From positions 1 to 64,000 of the IMG/VR virus record IMGVR_UViG_3300042446_001440: a stretch of DNA of 64,000 bases; one strand, written 5' to 3'. The notes beneath the pieces were generated by a model. It was not told the DNA's origin. It was given only the letters and a program-made list of their open reading frames with translations, and did not search any database. Positions 47,490 to 58,399 of this stretch are shown here, one piece after another. This DNA comes from a virus. How positions within the stretch are numbered: the first letter of the stretch is position 1; each line of letters opens with the position of its first letter. Both the position numbers and the translations under genes were made by a program.

Positions 47490-48420
47490 ACTAACAGAGA
47501 TTGAATTAAGTATTAAGAAATATATTCCTCCTGAAGTAAACCCAGCATACCAACGCTCAGTATCTTATTCCCAATATTCTATGTGGGCTACTTGTCCTCA
47601 TAGATGGGCAATGAAATACATTGAGAATAAAGAACCTTATCAGGCTAGTATCCACACCGTATTCGGAACAGCGTTTCATGAAACATTGCAAGAGTATCTC
47701 AAAATAATGTATAATGAAAGTGGATCAGCCTCTGATAAAATGAATCTAGAAGAACTATTCCAAGAACGATTTAGAGAAGTATATTCTAAAGAATATAAAT
47801 CAGCTGGAGCTCACTTTAGTAGCCCTACTGAAATGAGAGATTTCTTCGATGATGCAAGAGCAATGCTAATCTGGATTCAAAAAAGAAGAAATAAAATATT
47901 CACTATCCGTAATGTAAGATTATTAGGAATAGAAATACCTTTACTACTTAAACTATCAAATAACCTATATTATAAAGCATTCGTTGACTTTGCAGTATAT
48001 GATATAGATTTAAAAAAAGTTACTATATATGATATCAAAACATCAACGCGTGGATGGAGTGACGCTGAAAAAAGAGACGATAAAAAAACTGCTCAAATCT
48101 TACTATACAAAGAGTATTTCGCTAGACAGTACGGATTTGACATCGAGCAAATCGAAGTCGAGTTCTTCATCGTTAAGCGAAAAATCTATGAAAAAGCTGA
48201 ATACCCTATTCCCCGGATTCAGTCATTTAGACCAGCTAGTGGAAAATCCAAACGACGAAACGCCGTAGATAGCTTCCAAGACTTCATTAAAGATTGTTTC
48301 GATGAAAGTGGAAAGCCACAAATAAAATCTTACCTTAAAAATGTAGGTGAGAGTAGTTGCAAATGGTGTCCTTACAAAGATGATGCAAGTCTTTGCGATA
48401 AGAATGCGGTTTCCATATAG
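47476..48420 (+). CDS. PD-(D/E)XK exonuclease (RecB/Cas4-like, Fe-S staple)
   Basis: SYSQ...CP; GTAFHE; E..VD..IYDIKT; Q...Y; CKWCPY....C. Confidence 0.88.
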   Translation: MAKPKLTEIELSIKKYIPPEVNPAYQRSVSYSQYSMWATCPHRWAMKYIENKEPYQASIHTVFGTAFHETLQEYLKIMYNESGSASDKMNLEELFQERFREVYSKEYKSAGAHFSSPTEMRDFFDDARAMLIWIQKRRNKIFTIRNVRLLGIEIPLLLKLSNNLYYKAFVDFAVYDIDLKKVTIYDIKTSTRGWSDAEKRDDKKTAQILLYKEYFARQYGFDIEQIEVEFFIVKRKIYEKAEYPIPRIQSFRPASGKSKRRNAVDSFQDFIKDCFDESGKPQIKSYLKNVGESSCKWCPYKDDASLCDKNAVSI

Positions 48421-48449
48421 ACGTATATATTTATATCAAATATAATATT

Positions 48450-48641
48450 ATGGCAAAGATGCAATTAACATCGGTAAAAATACCGGAAGACTTATTCGAA
48501 CAATTTAAAATAGCATGTGTTAGATACAAATTCAGCGTACAAAAATTAACAGAACGCGGTATGTTTCTATATCTAACAGATGAAGAATGGAGAAAAACAA
48601 TTCACAATACCCTAGACACACAATTAACAGGAAGTTTATAA
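48450..48641 (+). CDS. Small ribbon-helix-helix-like regulator
   Basis: LTSVKIPEDLFEQFK; precedes the glycosyltransferase cluster; own promoter motif. Confidence 0.55.
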   Translation: MAKMQLTSVKIPEDLFEQFKIACVRYKFSVQKLTERGMFLYLTDEEWRKTIHNTLDTQLTGSL

Positions 48642-48660
48642 AATTTAAAACACGTTACGA

Positions 48661-50151
48661 ATGAAAGAAGGTTATATTGAGCAATCAAAACGTAAGAAAA
48701 TCTTACTACTATGTGATGATATTAGAATGACATCTGGTATCTCAACAATGGCGCGAGAAATGGTCATTGGAACTGCCCACCATTTTAATTGGGTAAATGT
48801 AGGTGGAGCTATTAATCACCCTGATCAAGGTAAACGCTTTGATATTAATGGTGATACCAATACCCATGCAGGAATATCAGATGCTAGTGTATATTTGTAT
48901 CCTATTAATGGATATGGAGATCCTACATTTCTAAAACAGATGATAGCATTAGAAAAACCAGATGCACTAATGATGTTTACTGATCCAAGATATTGGATTT
49001 GGTTGTTTCAAATGGAGCATGAAATAAGAAAGAAAATGCCTATTATATATTTAAATATATGGGACGATTTACCTTATCCCATGTATAATAAACCATACTA
49101 TGAGTCATGTGATGCCCTATTAGCAATCAGTAAACAAACTGAAAATCTAAATAGAGCAGTATTAGGACCAGAATTATCAGCTGAGAAAGTAATTAAATAT
49201 GTTCCTCATGGTATTAATGAAAGTATATTCTTTCCTATTACTACTGAACATACTGAATATTTATCCTTGCAAGAATTTAAAAAACAATTATATGGAAATA
49301 AATCGTACGACTTTACTGTATTATATAATGCGCGTAACATCCGTCGTAAATCGGTTCCTGATTTAATGTTAGCTTGGAAGATATTCATTGATGAACTTCC
49401 AGAAGATAAAGCTAAAAAATGCGCTTTAGTATTACATACTCAAATCGCAGATGAAAATGGTACTGACCTACAAGCAGTAAAAGATATGCTATTTGGATAT
49501 GAAGAGAAATATAACATCATATTTGATCAGAATAAGTATCCTGCTAACATGATGAATTTACTCTATAATGCTACAGATGTGAATGCATTAGTTAGTAGTA
49601 ATGAAGGTTGGGGATTATCATTAACAGAAGCAATGATGTGTGGTAAACCAATCATAGCAACAGTAACAGGCGGAATGCAAGACCAAATGCGTTTTGAAGA
49701 TGAAAATGGTGAATGGGTTAAATTCACTGAAGAATTCGGTTCTAACCATAGAGGTAAATATAAAAAACATGGTAAATGGGCGTTTCCCGTATTCCCATCT
49801 AACCTATCAATTGTAGGTTCAATTCCAACCCCTTATATTTTTGATGATAGAGCAGAACCATTCGATATTGCTGAACAAATTCAAGAGGTATATGCCTTAA
49901 AAACAAATCAAATCGAAGAGTATGGATCTCATACTAGAGGATTTCAAACATATGAAGAAGTTTGTAAAGCAGCTAGAGATTGGGTTACATCAGATGAATC
50001 AATGCAGTCAGCAAGATGGATGTGTAAGAATATAATTGATGGTATAGATGAAACATTCGCTAACTGGCAACCACGTCATTCATTTGAATTAATTCAAGTA
50101 GAAACTCCAAAACAACCAAAACATTACAATAAATACGTTATAGCAAAATAA
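48661..50151 (+). CDS. Glycosyltransferase, GT4/GT-B
   Basis: VPHGI; RNIRRK; EGWGLSLTEAMMCGKP. Confidence 0.9.
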   Translation: MKEGYIEQSKRKKILLLCDDIRMTSGISTMAREMVIGTAHHFNWVNVGGAINHPDQGKRFDINGDTNTHAGISDASVYLYPINGYGDPTFLKQMIALEKPDALMMFTDPRYWIWLFQMEHEIRKKMPIIYLNIWDDLPYPMYNKPYYESCDALLAISKQTENLNRAVLGPELSAEKVIKYVPHGINESIFFPITTEHTEYLSLQEFKKQLYGNKSYDFTVLYNARNIRRKSVPDLMLAWKIFIDELPEDKAKKCALVLHTQIADENGTDLQAVKDMLFGYEEKYNIIFDQNKYPANMMNLLYNATDVNALVSSNEGWGLSLTEAMMCGKPIIATVTGGMQDQMRFEDENGEWVKFTEEFGSNHRGKYKKHGKWAFPVFPSNLSIVGSIPTPYIFDDRAEPFDIAEQIQEVYALKTNQIEEYGSHTRGFQTYEEVCKAARDWVTSDESMQSARWMCKNIIDGIDETFANWQPRHSFELIQVETPKQPKHYNKYVIAK

Positions 50152-50152
50152 T

Positions 50153-51463
50153 ATGAAACAATTAATCGTTATAAGTTGCCCAATAGACACATATAGTGGA
50201 TATGGTGCTCGCGCAAGAGATATAGTTAAATCGCTTTTAAAGACGGATAAATACGAGGTAAAGATCCTATCACAACGATGGGGTAATACGCCTTTTGGAT
50301 TTTTAAAAGCAGACAATGCTGAAGATAAACAGATATTAGACTGTATATTATCATCAAATGAATTACCAAAACAACCAGACATTTGGATTCAACACACAGT
50401 ACCAAATGAATTCCAAGCAATAGGAAGATATAATATTGGTATTACAGCAGGAATTGAAACAACACTATGTGATATTTCTTGGATTGATGGAGTTAATAAA
50501 ATGGATTTAACATTAGTATCCTCTGAACATGCTAAAAGAGTATTTGAAGTGTCAGCATTCGAGCAAAGAGATAAAAATACTCAGCAATTAGTTAAAACTA
50601 TTAAATTAGAAAAACCAGTTGACGTATTATTTGAAGGAGTAGACACTAGCATATATGAGAAAATAGATGCTATAAATGAAAGTCAAGTATGGGATGTACT
50701 AGATACTATTCAAGAAGATTTTAATTTCCTATATGTTGGACATTGGCTTCAAGGTGAATTAGGACAAGATAGAAAAGACACAGGTATGTTAATTAAAACA
50801 TTCCTTGAAACATTTAAAGGAAAAGGTAAAAAACCTGGACTGATTATGAAAACTTCTACTGCTACCTATTCTGTAATGGACCGAGATGAAATATTAGATA
50901 AAATTCAAAGATTAAGACTATTAGTAGGTGATCAAGATTTACCAAATATATATTTAATGCATGGTGAATTAACAGATGGAGAAGTAAATGAATTATATAA
51001 TCATCCTAAAGTAAAAGCACACGTGTCATTTACTAAAGGTGAAGGATATGGTAGACCATTATTAGAAGCAACTATTAGTCAAAAACCAGTAATTGCTCCT
51101 AACTGGAGTGGACAAATTGATTTCTTAGATAAAGATATGTCTGTATTGTTAGCAGGTGAAATAAAACAAATTCATCACTCAGCAGTAGTAAAAGATATGT
51201 TATTACCTGAAAGTGGATGGTTTACTGTTGATTATGAGAAAGCATCTGCTGTATTAACAGACGTTTATAAAAATTATAAAAAGTACATTGATGGGGCAAA
51301 GAAACAAGCTTATCGTTCACGTACAGAATTTAGTTTAGATAAGATGGCTGAAAAATTAAATTCAATAATTGATACAAAGATACCTAAACAAGTAGCACTT
51401 AAACTACCTCAGCTTAAAAAAATTGAATTACCTAAACTTAAAAAAGTAGATGATGCAGAGTAA
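50153..51463 (+). CDS. Glycosyltransferase, GT4/GT-B
   Basis: SGYG..AR; DRK; GEGYGRPLLEA..KPVIA.NWSG..DF. Confidence 0.88.
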   Translation: MKQLIVISCPIDTYSGYGARARDIVKSLLKTDKYEVKILSQRWGNTPFGFLKADNAEDKQILDCILSSNELPKQPDIWIQHTVPNEFQAIGRYNIGITAGIETTLCDISWIDGVNKMDLTLVSSEHAKRVFEVSAFEQRDKNTQQLVKTIKLEKPVDVLFEGVDTSIYEKIDAINESQVWDVLDTIQEDFNFLYVGHWLQGELGQDRKDTGMLIKTFLETFKGKGKKPGLIMKTSTATYSVMDRDEILDKIQRLRLLVGDQDLPNIYLMHGELTDGEVNELYNHPKVKAHVSFTKGEGYGRPLLEATISQKPVIAPNWSGQIDFLDKDMSVLLAGEIKQIHHSAVVKDMLLPESGWFTVDYEKASAVLTDVYKNYKKYIDGAKKQAYRSRTEFSLDKMAEKLNSIIDTKIPKQVALKLPQLKKIELPKLKKVDDAE

Positions 51464-51507
51464 TACAGGAGCCGTAGTTTATACTTATCAAAATAACAAC
51501 TTAAATT

Positions 51508-51900
51508 ATGAAAGAATTACTTACAATATGTCCTAAATGCAGTTCAAATGCATGTAGTGAAATATCAAATGATAAATTAATTGTATGGAATTGTTTTGGA
51601 TGTGGCTTCACATCCAATTCAACCCTTACAGAAAAAAATATAGAAACAACAGAGGAAGTATTACCTGAATTATATAAAGCACTTAGATTTAAAAGTGTTG
51701 AAGGATTATATTGGTATCCTATGTCTGTAATATTAGAAAATAAAGCAATGGTATTTGCTGAAGGTAAAACCATTGAAGATTGGAAATGGTCTGCCATTCA
51801 ATCTAAAGAAGATAAACCTGATATGTCTACTAAAAAAGAATATATAGAATCCGAGTTTATGGATGCGTTAGAATATATTGGTTACTTTAATCAAAAATAA
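51508..51900 (+). CDS. Zinc-ribbon hypothetical protein
   Basis: CPKC ... CFGCGF. Confidence 0.7.
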   Translation: MKELLTICPKCSSNACSEISNDKLIVWNCFGCGFTSNSTLTEKNIETTEEVLPELYKALRFKSVEGLYWYPMSVILENKAMVFAEGKTIEDWKWSAIQSKEDKPDMSTKKEYIESEFMDALEYIGYFNQK

Positions 51901-51902
51901 AT

Positions 51903-52529
51903 ATGCCTACAATTAGTTATGCAATTACAGCCTGTAATGAACATGTTGAATTAGAACGTCTATTAAATCAATTAAACGAAAGTATTCGTCTTGAAGATGA
52001 GATAGTGGTTCAATTAGATATAACAGCTACTGCTGAAGTTAGGGCGGTAGCTGAACATTATAATGTAGGAGCTCAATATGAATACCATAGAGTATATGCT
52101 ACACTAAATAACGACTTCGCATCATTTAAAAATAATCTTAGCGAACATTGCACACGCGACTATATCTTTCAAATAGATGCAGATGAATATCCACACCCAG
52201 AACTAATTGAAAATTTACCTGCTCTTCTTGAACATAATCCTGAAATTGATGTATTTCTAGTTCCTAGAATTAATACAGTAGAGGGACTAACAGAAGAACA
52301 TATTAGAAAGTGGGGATGGAATGTACAAAATAGTAGAGTTAATTTCCCAGACTACCAATGGAGAATATGGGTAAATAAGAAAAATATTAAATGGATAAAT
52401 AAAGTTCATGAACGATTAGATGGTTTTGGATTATATTGTAATTTACCTCTAATAGATGAACTATGCCTATACCACCCAAAAGATATAATTAGACAAGAAA
52501 AACAAAATAATTTTTACAACACACTATGA
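51903..52529 (+). CDS. Glycosyltransferase, GT2/GT-A
   Basis: ISYAITACNE; IDADE; PDYQ.R; W..KVHE. Confidence 0.88.
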   Translation: MPTISYAITACNEHVELERLLNQLNESIRLEDEIVVQLDITATAEVRAVAEHYNVGAQYEYHRVYATLNNDFASFKNNLSEHCTRDYIFQIDADEYPHPELIENLPALLEHNPEIDVFLVPRINTVEGLTEEHIRKWGWNVQNSRVNFPDYQWRIWVNKKNIKWINKVHERLDGFGLYCNLPLIDELCLYHPKDIIRQEKQNNFYNTL

Positions 52530-53260
52530 ACTCAGAAATATTTAAAAATGAAGACGGCACTTTCATCATTTTCCCGAATGACGCTATTGCCCAACATATT
52601 AAAAGTGGTAGATTATGGGAACCTCATTTTAAGACTGTTATTTCCAATTTAATTGAACTAGGAAATACAGTCGTTGATTGCGGTGCTAATTTTGGATACA
52701 ATGCTGTTTTGATGGGGAAAGAAATAGGATCTAATGGAATGCTTATAGCATTTGAACCACAAAGAATTATCCATCAACAACTGAATGGTAATTTAATATT
52801 AAATAACATATTCAATGCAATTACTTTCCAAGCAGCCTTAGGAGATGGTTCTATATCATCAACTACTATGAGTTCTGTGAATTATGAACTACCTTGGGTA
52901 AACATTGGAGATACATCTGTGGGAAATGGTGGAGAAGAAGTAGCTGTTTACTCATTAGATAGCATCAATATGGTAAGTGTAGATTTTATCAAAATAGATG
53001 TTCAGGGATATGAATTATTTACACTTCAAGGAGCTAAAGATACTTTAAGTAAATTTCAACCTGATCTATTTATTGAAATTGAACCACATCAACTAATTAA
53101 ATTTGGTATAAATGCAGACCAGTTATTAGATTATATTAAGTCATTTGGATATAAGATCTTTAAAATAAATAATGACTATCCTTGTGATCACATCTGTACA
53201 ATAAACAATCTAGATAAAATAGAAAAACTAAAAAATTTATTACCGTTATTAGAAGTATAA
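52526..53260 (+). CDS. FkbM-family methyltransferase
   Basis: DCGANFG; FEPQ; KIDVQGYE. Confidence 0.9.
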   Translation: MNSEIFKNEDGTFIIFPNDAIAQHIKSGRLWEPHFKTVISNLIELGNTVVDCGANFGYNAVLMGKEIGSNGMLIAFEPQRIIHQQLNGNLILNNIFNAITFQAALGDGSISSTTMSSVNYELPWVNIGDTSVGNGGEEVAVYSLDSINMVSVDFIKIDVQGYELFTLQGAKDTLSKFQPDLFIEIEPHQLIKFGINADQLLDYIKSFGYKIFKINNDYPCDHICTINNLDKIEKLKNLLPLLEV

Positions 53261-54183
53261 TGAAAAAAGTTTTATTTTTTGATCCTCATTTAAATGAGAG
53301 GGGAACTAGTATTGCTACATATGACTATGCTTATTACAATGAAACTATTTTAGGAAATAAATCTATCATAGCATCTCTAACATCATCAGAATTAAAAAGT
53401 TATAATAAGTTTAATGATAGGTTTGAAGTCATTATGTGTAAGGACACAGCTGAATTATCTAATATTGAGTGTGATTACATGTATGTATTAAAATTTGGTA
53501 CTAATGATGGGGTATTACATAAAAATGCTAAGAATTTAGTTCATGTTGTGTTTCCATCATACGATCCTCATGGAGATGTATATGCTTACATTTCAAAATG
53601 GTTAGCTGAGGCTCATGGCAAAAACTCTCTATTTGTACCCCATATGGTTAATCTACCAGAGGTTAAAGAAGATTTTAAAGATTTTTTTAAGATTAAAGAT
53701 AAGTTAGTAGTTGGTTGGTATGGAGGTGATAATTTTGACATTTCATTTGCTCAACAAGCTGTTATAGAGGCTGCATCTAAAAGGAGTGATATTGTATTTC
53801 TATTTATGAACCAATCAGCGTTCTGTGATATAGATAACGTCATATTTGTTAAAGGAACTACAGATCAAGAACAAAAAGTAGCATTCATCAACACATGTAA
53901 TGTTATGATACATGCTAGAGAAAGAGGAGAAACATTTGGATTAGCAGTAGCAGAATTTTCCTCCAAAAACAAACCAATCATTACTTACTTTGACTCACCA
54001 GAAAGAAACCATTTAGTTCAATTGAGAGATAAAGGAATTTATTATTCTAATTACTCAGAATTACTAAATATACTACTTAACATCCAATTATCAGATATTC
54101 AACACAGAGAATGGAATCAATATACTGATTTTACTCCTGAAAAAGTTATTAATCAATTTAACAATGTATTTTTATGGAATTAG
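53260..54183 (+). CDS. Glycosyltransferase, GT-B
   Basis: ERGT..A.YDYA; HARERGETFGLAVAEF. Confidence 0.8.
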   Translation: MKKVLFFDPHLNERGTSIATYDYAYYNETILGNKSIIASLTSSELKSYNKFNDRFEVIMCKDTAELSNIECDYMYVLKFGTNDGVLHKNAKNLVHVVFPSYDPHGDVYAYISKWLAEAHGKNSLFVPHMVNLPEVKEDFKDFFKIKDKLVVGWYGGDNFDISFAQQAVIEAASKRSDIVFLFMNQSAFCDIDNVIFVKGTTDQEQKVAFINTCNVMIHARERGETFGLAVAEFSSKNKPIITYFDSPERNHLVQLRDKGIYYSNYSELLNILLNIQLSDIQHREWNQYTDFTPEKVINQFNNVFLWN

Positions 54184-54767
54184 ATCAAATTAAATCTTAT
54201 TTTACCCCCACCAATATCTTAGATATTGGGGCTAATGTTGGTGGATGGTATAATCATTGTAAATCTTACTTCCCAGATAGCTATATACTTTCTATTGAAG
54301 CAAATGAAGGGTGTGAAAGTGCTTTAAAAGCATGCAATCCAAATTATATTATTGCTTTATTAGCAAAGGACGAAGAGATGTATGATTTTTTTACATTAAG
54401 GGATGCCCCTACAGCTACTGGTAATTCAATATATAAAGAATTAACTTATGTCTACACGGATAACTCTACTATCATTAATAAGAAAAAAGGAGTAATGTTA
54501 GATAATTTATTAAGAAATCGAAGTTTTAATTTAATCAAAATGGATGTACAGGGGGCAGAACTAGATGTGATTAAAGGGGGGCTAACAATATGTAAACAAG
54601 CTAAAGGAATAATCTTAGAAGTAGCTTTTGAAGCATACAATCAAAATGCCCCATTATATGATGAAGTAATAGAATATATGTCTTCAATAGGATTCAGTAA
54701 AGAATTAATACTAACAAACCTACCACAACACCATGACATATTCTTTATAAATAAAAATATTTTATAA
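54174..54767 (+). CDS. FkbM-family methyltransferase
   Basis: LDIGANVG; IEAN; KMDVQGAE. Confidence 0.9.
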   Translation: MELDQIKSYFTPTNILDIGANVGGWYNHCKSYFPDSYILSIEANEGCESALKACNPNYIIALLAKDEEMYDFFTLRDAPTATGNSIYKELTYVYTDNSTIINKKKGVMLDNLLRNRSFNLIKMDVQGAELDVIKGGLTICKQAKGIILEVAFEAYNQNAPLYDEVIEYMSSIGFSKELILTNLPQHHDIFFINKNIL

Positions 54768-55637
54768 ATGAAGATATTATACGTAACTAACCATTTAAGT
54801 ATAGCTAGAGCAAGTGGTGGATATATTAATGATTATCAAAATGATCTAATATTCTATGGGTTAAGAGAATTATTTGGAGACGATGTTGTAGATAGTACCC
54901 AAATCGTATCACTTTATAAAGAAAATAAAGATAAAATACCATCCCAACACATATGGGGAGGTATGACTACTTGTTGGTTAATAGATAAAAATAATATTAA
55001 CCGGGATAGTATTGAAGACAAAATTAAATCCCAATATTACGATTTAATAATATATGGTACTATTAAAAGATGTAAAGACTATTACGATTTAGCTTCTAAA
55101 GTATATCCCCCAAATAAAATAATTCTAATTGATGGTAATGACGAAAGTGAATTAGATCCTCTTTATAAAAAACATTTATATTTTAAAAGAGAATTAACTA
55201 TAAACCATCCTAATCTTCTACCTATAACATTCGGAATACCTACTTCTAAAATAGCCACACCTACCCTTGCAAAAACTAAAGATTTTGCTACATGTATACC
55301 TGGCCAACCTGAAACTTATATTTTTAAAGAAGAACAGCCATATTATGAAGATTATCAAAAATCATTTTATGGAGTAACCATAAAGAAAGCTGGGTGGGAT
55401 TGTATGAGACACTATGAAATATTAGCTAATTATTGCATACCCTACTTCATTGGATTGGAAGATTGTCCTAAAGATACACTATCTCATTTTCCTAAAGAAT
55501 TATTATTAGAAGCAAGAGAATTAGCTAATAACTTTGATGAGCAAAAATACTTCAATATATTGGATGAATTATTTAATTACACAAAAAATAATTTAACAAC
55601 AAAAAGCATAGCAAACTATATAATATCTAAAATATAA
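54768..55637 (+). CDS. Putative glycosyltransferase (GT-B-like)
   Basis: IDG.D; YFKREL; KKAGWDCMRHYEILAN.CIPYF. Confidence 0.6.
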   Translation: MKILYVTNHLSIARASGGYINDYQNDLIFYGLRELFGDDVVDSTQIVSLYKENKDKIPSQHIWGGMTTCWLIDKNNINRDSIEDKIKSQYYDLIIYGTIKRCKDYYDLASKVYPPNKIILIDGNDESELDPLYKKHLYFKRELTINHPNLLPITFGIPTSKIATPTLAKTKDFATCIPGQPETYIFKEEQPYYEDYQKSFYGVTIKKAGWDCMRHYEILANYCIPYFIGLEDCPKDTLSHFPKELLLEARELANNFDEQKYFNILDELFNYTKNNLTTKSIANYIISKI

Positions 55638-56290
55638 TGTACACTAGTAATTTACACGAACCCGAAACTATCCGCAATTTAAATTGTGAAATTAAACGTC
55701 ACGATATAATTAATCATTTAATTGGAAAATACAATTTGGTTAATTACTTAGAGATTGGTGTATTTAAAGGAGAAAATATAAGAGAAATTAATGCTCTCCA
55801 TAAAGATGGAGTTGACCCCGGACATGAAGGGGTAATAGTACCTGAAGTAAATTATAGAATGACGTCAGACGATTTCTTTGAATTACTTAAAGGACATGAG
55901 GATATTAAATATGATATTATTTTTATAGATGGTTTACATCATGCTGACCAAGTAACTAAAGATATTAAGAATGCTTTAAATCACTTAGTACCTAAAGGGT
56001 TTGTTGTATTACACGATTGTAATCCAATCAGCTATGAAGCACAACTAATACCTAGACAAACAGTAGCTTGGAATGGTGATACATGGAAGGCATTTGTTGG
56101 ATTTAAAATGGATAATATAGATTTTCAATGTTGTGTTATAGATACTGACTTTGGAGTTGGAGTAATTAAGAATACTGTTTACACACCTAAATTTAATATC
56201 CATTCAACTTTACATTGGAATCAGCTTAACGAAGATAGAAAACAGTTATTAAATCTAATTAGTTATGATGAATTTAAAGCAACTTATTAA
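55637..56290 (+). CDS. Class I SAM methyltransferase (Methyltransf_24-like)
   Basis: YLEIGV; GVDP; DIIFIDGLH; LHDC. Confidence 0.85.
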   Translation: MYTSNLHEPETIRNLNCEIKRHDIINHLIGKYNLVNYLEIGVFKGENIREINALHKDGVDPGHEGVIVPEVNYRMTSDDFFELLKGHEDIKYDIIFIDGLHHADQVTKDIKNALNHLVPKGFVVLHDCNPISYEAQLIPRQTVAWNGDTWKAFVGFKMDNIDFQCCVIDTDFGVGVIKNTVYTPKFNIHSTLHWNQLNEDRKQLLNLISYDEFKATY

Positions 56291-57062
56291 TAAATCTGTT
56301 TACGGAACGATAGGTTATATTTCATCTCAAGAAGATTTAGATGTATTAGAACAATATATTGTATATAATTTACCTGTTTTAAAAGAATTTAAACAAATAT
56401 TAGTAGCAACTAATTATTCTGATTTAGATCTAATAGAAGATAATAAACAACTATGGACTAAATATTTTCCAAATTGTACTTTATTAGACTCCAAAACTAA
56501 TAGGGGCCATAACTTTGGCACAGCGGATTTAGATAATATGATTTTTAATTATTGCAAAACAACAGGTGAAGAATGGCTATGCAAATCAGCAAATGACATT
56601 ATAGTTCAGGAATCAATATTAAATAAAGAAGTAGAAGAAGCTGACTTTTACTATATGAATGGGATTGGCTATACAGGTATGGCGGAATATGACTTTGATT
56701 TTGATAGGATAGTGAAGGAATGTTTTTATCCCCAAACAAATCTATATTTTGTAAATGTTAGTAAAACTGATTATCTAACAGATAAAATATATCTAGACGA
56801 AACATATCAATATTCCCTAACTATTCCCAATTATAATGGAAAAATATGGGAATATATTAGTGGATGGAGTTGTGAAAATTTTCTTAAACAATGTGTTGAA
56901 AGGAATAATCTTTCTAAATATAATTGGGTTTCTCAAGAAAAGTATCGTAATTTACTTCAAATAATAAAAGACTTTAATTTCCATGATTGTAGTCATAAAA
57001 ATATAATGATAGAGGGTGTATGTCATCTTCAAAATCCTCAAAATCAAATAATAGAAATATGA
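56265..57062 (+). CDS. Hypothetical protein, possibly GT-A fold
   Basis: Inside the cluster; NRGH..G; KSAND; PQTN.Y. Confidence 0.5.
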   Translation: MMNLKQLINKSVYGTIGYISSQEDLDVLEQYIVYNLPVLKEFKQILVATNYSDLDLIEDNKQLWTKYFPNCTLLDSKTNRGHNFGTADLDNMIFNYCKTTGEEWLCKSANDIIVQESILNKEVEEADFYYMNGIGYTGMAEYDFDFDRIVKECFYPQTNLYFVNVSKTDYLTDKIYLDETYQYSLTIPNYNGKIWEYISGWSCENFLKQCVERNNLSKYNWVSQEKYRNLLQIIKDFNFHDCSHKNIMIEGVCHLQNPQNQIIEI

Positions 57063-57643
57063 AAAATATCTTTTTAGATTGTGGAACGCATTTATGTGAA
57101 GGATTAATTAATTTCTATAATAAGGGAATTATAGATGATACCTTTGAAATACATACATTTGAAGCAAACCCAGAATGTAATATAGAGGAAAGAATTAAAC
57201 AAATTCCTTTAAATATAATTCCATATAACAAAGCAGTATGGATTGAAGATGGATTTATATACTTTAATCAAGAAAACCATCAAGAGAGTAGAACCGGCTC
57301 TCCAACAGACGGATATTCAAATATTGATGGATGGGGATCATCTGTTGATGGTATAGGATTTAATCATCCTGGATATAATACTAAAGTTAAAGTACCAAGT
57401 ATAAACTTCAGTAAATTTGTCTCTGAATTTCCATCCGAATCAAATATAATTTGTAAAATAGATATTGAAGGAAGTGAGTATGAAGTTCTTAGACATATGA
57501 TTAGAGAAAATACAATTACAAAAATAAAAGAATTATATATAGAATTCCATGAAAGATTTATGCCTGCTGAATCTCCAGAAACAGAACAAAAACTAATTAC
57601 TCAGATCCAGGATTTAGGAATTAAAGTACATACCTGGTTTTAA
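57059..57643 (+). CDS. FkbM-family methyltransferase
   Basis: FLDCGTH; FEAN; KIDIEGSEY; IEFH (ATG of MKNIF taken as start). Confidence 0.88.
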   Translation: MKNIFLDCGTHLCEGLINFYNKGIIDDTFEIHTFEANPECNIEERIKQIPLNIIPYNKAVWIEDGFIYFNQENHQESRTGSPTDGYSNIDGWGSSVDGIGFNHPGYNTKVKVPSINFSKFVSEFPSESNIICKIDIEGSEYEVLRHMIRENTITKIKELYIEFHERFMPAESPETEQKLITQIQDLGIKVHTWF

Positions 57644-57652
57644 TATAATAAC

Positions 57653-58399
57653 ATGGATATATATTTTAAAGAAACCCCAGCAGGTCATTTTTGCCTTATT
57701 GAAAAAGATCTAATTAGTAGCTGTATAGCCAACTCAGGATATTGGGAACCTCATTTATATTATTTTTACTCTCAATTTATTAAACCCAATTACACCATTA
57801 TAGATGGAGGAGCTAATATTGGTTTTCATAGCATACAATTCGCTAAATTAGCAAATGAAGGTAAAGTATATAGCTTTGAACCACAATCACTAATATTTAA
57901 TGTTCTATCAACTAATTCACTTATAAATGGAACAAGTGATATAATCCTACAATATAGATTAGGTTTAAGTGATACTGATGGTAACCTAAAAATGACTCCA
58001 CTCAGTGAACAACAATTCTCAGAAACTTGTATTAACTATGGAGGAAGAGGAATAACAGACTCAGATTTGGGTGAGGAAGTAGTAGAATTAACAACTATAG
58101 ATAACTTACATTTACCTAAATTAGATTTTATTAAACTAGATGTACAAGGATTTGAATTAAAAGCACTTAAGGGTGGTGAAAATACTATTAAGTCTAATTA
58201 CCCAATAATGTTTATTGAAAATTATCTTAATTTAGAAGTAGACCAACATGTAATGCAGTTATTAGAAGATTGGGGGTATGTAATATATAGATTATTATGT
58301 ACTGAGAATAAAGAAGATTGTATAATAGTACATCCAGAAAGACACATTGAAGAAATTAAATTTATTGAAACACAAGATAAAATAAAATGGACAAAATAA
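57653..58399 (+). CDS. FkbM-family methyltransferase
   Basis: DGGANIG; FEPQ; NYGG; KLDVQGFE. Confidence 0.9.
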   Translation: MDIYFKETPAGHFCLIEKDLISSCIANSGYWEPHLYYFYSQFIKPNYTIIDGGANIGFHSIQFAKLANEGKVYSFEPQSLIFNVLSTNSLINGTSDIILQYRLGLSDTDGNLKMTPLSEQQFSETCINYGGRGITDSDLGEEVVELTTIDNLHLPKLDFIKLDVQGFELKALKGGENTIKSNYPIMFIENYLNLEVDQHVMQLLEDWGYVIYRLLCTENKEDCIIVHPERHIEEIKFIETQDKIKWTK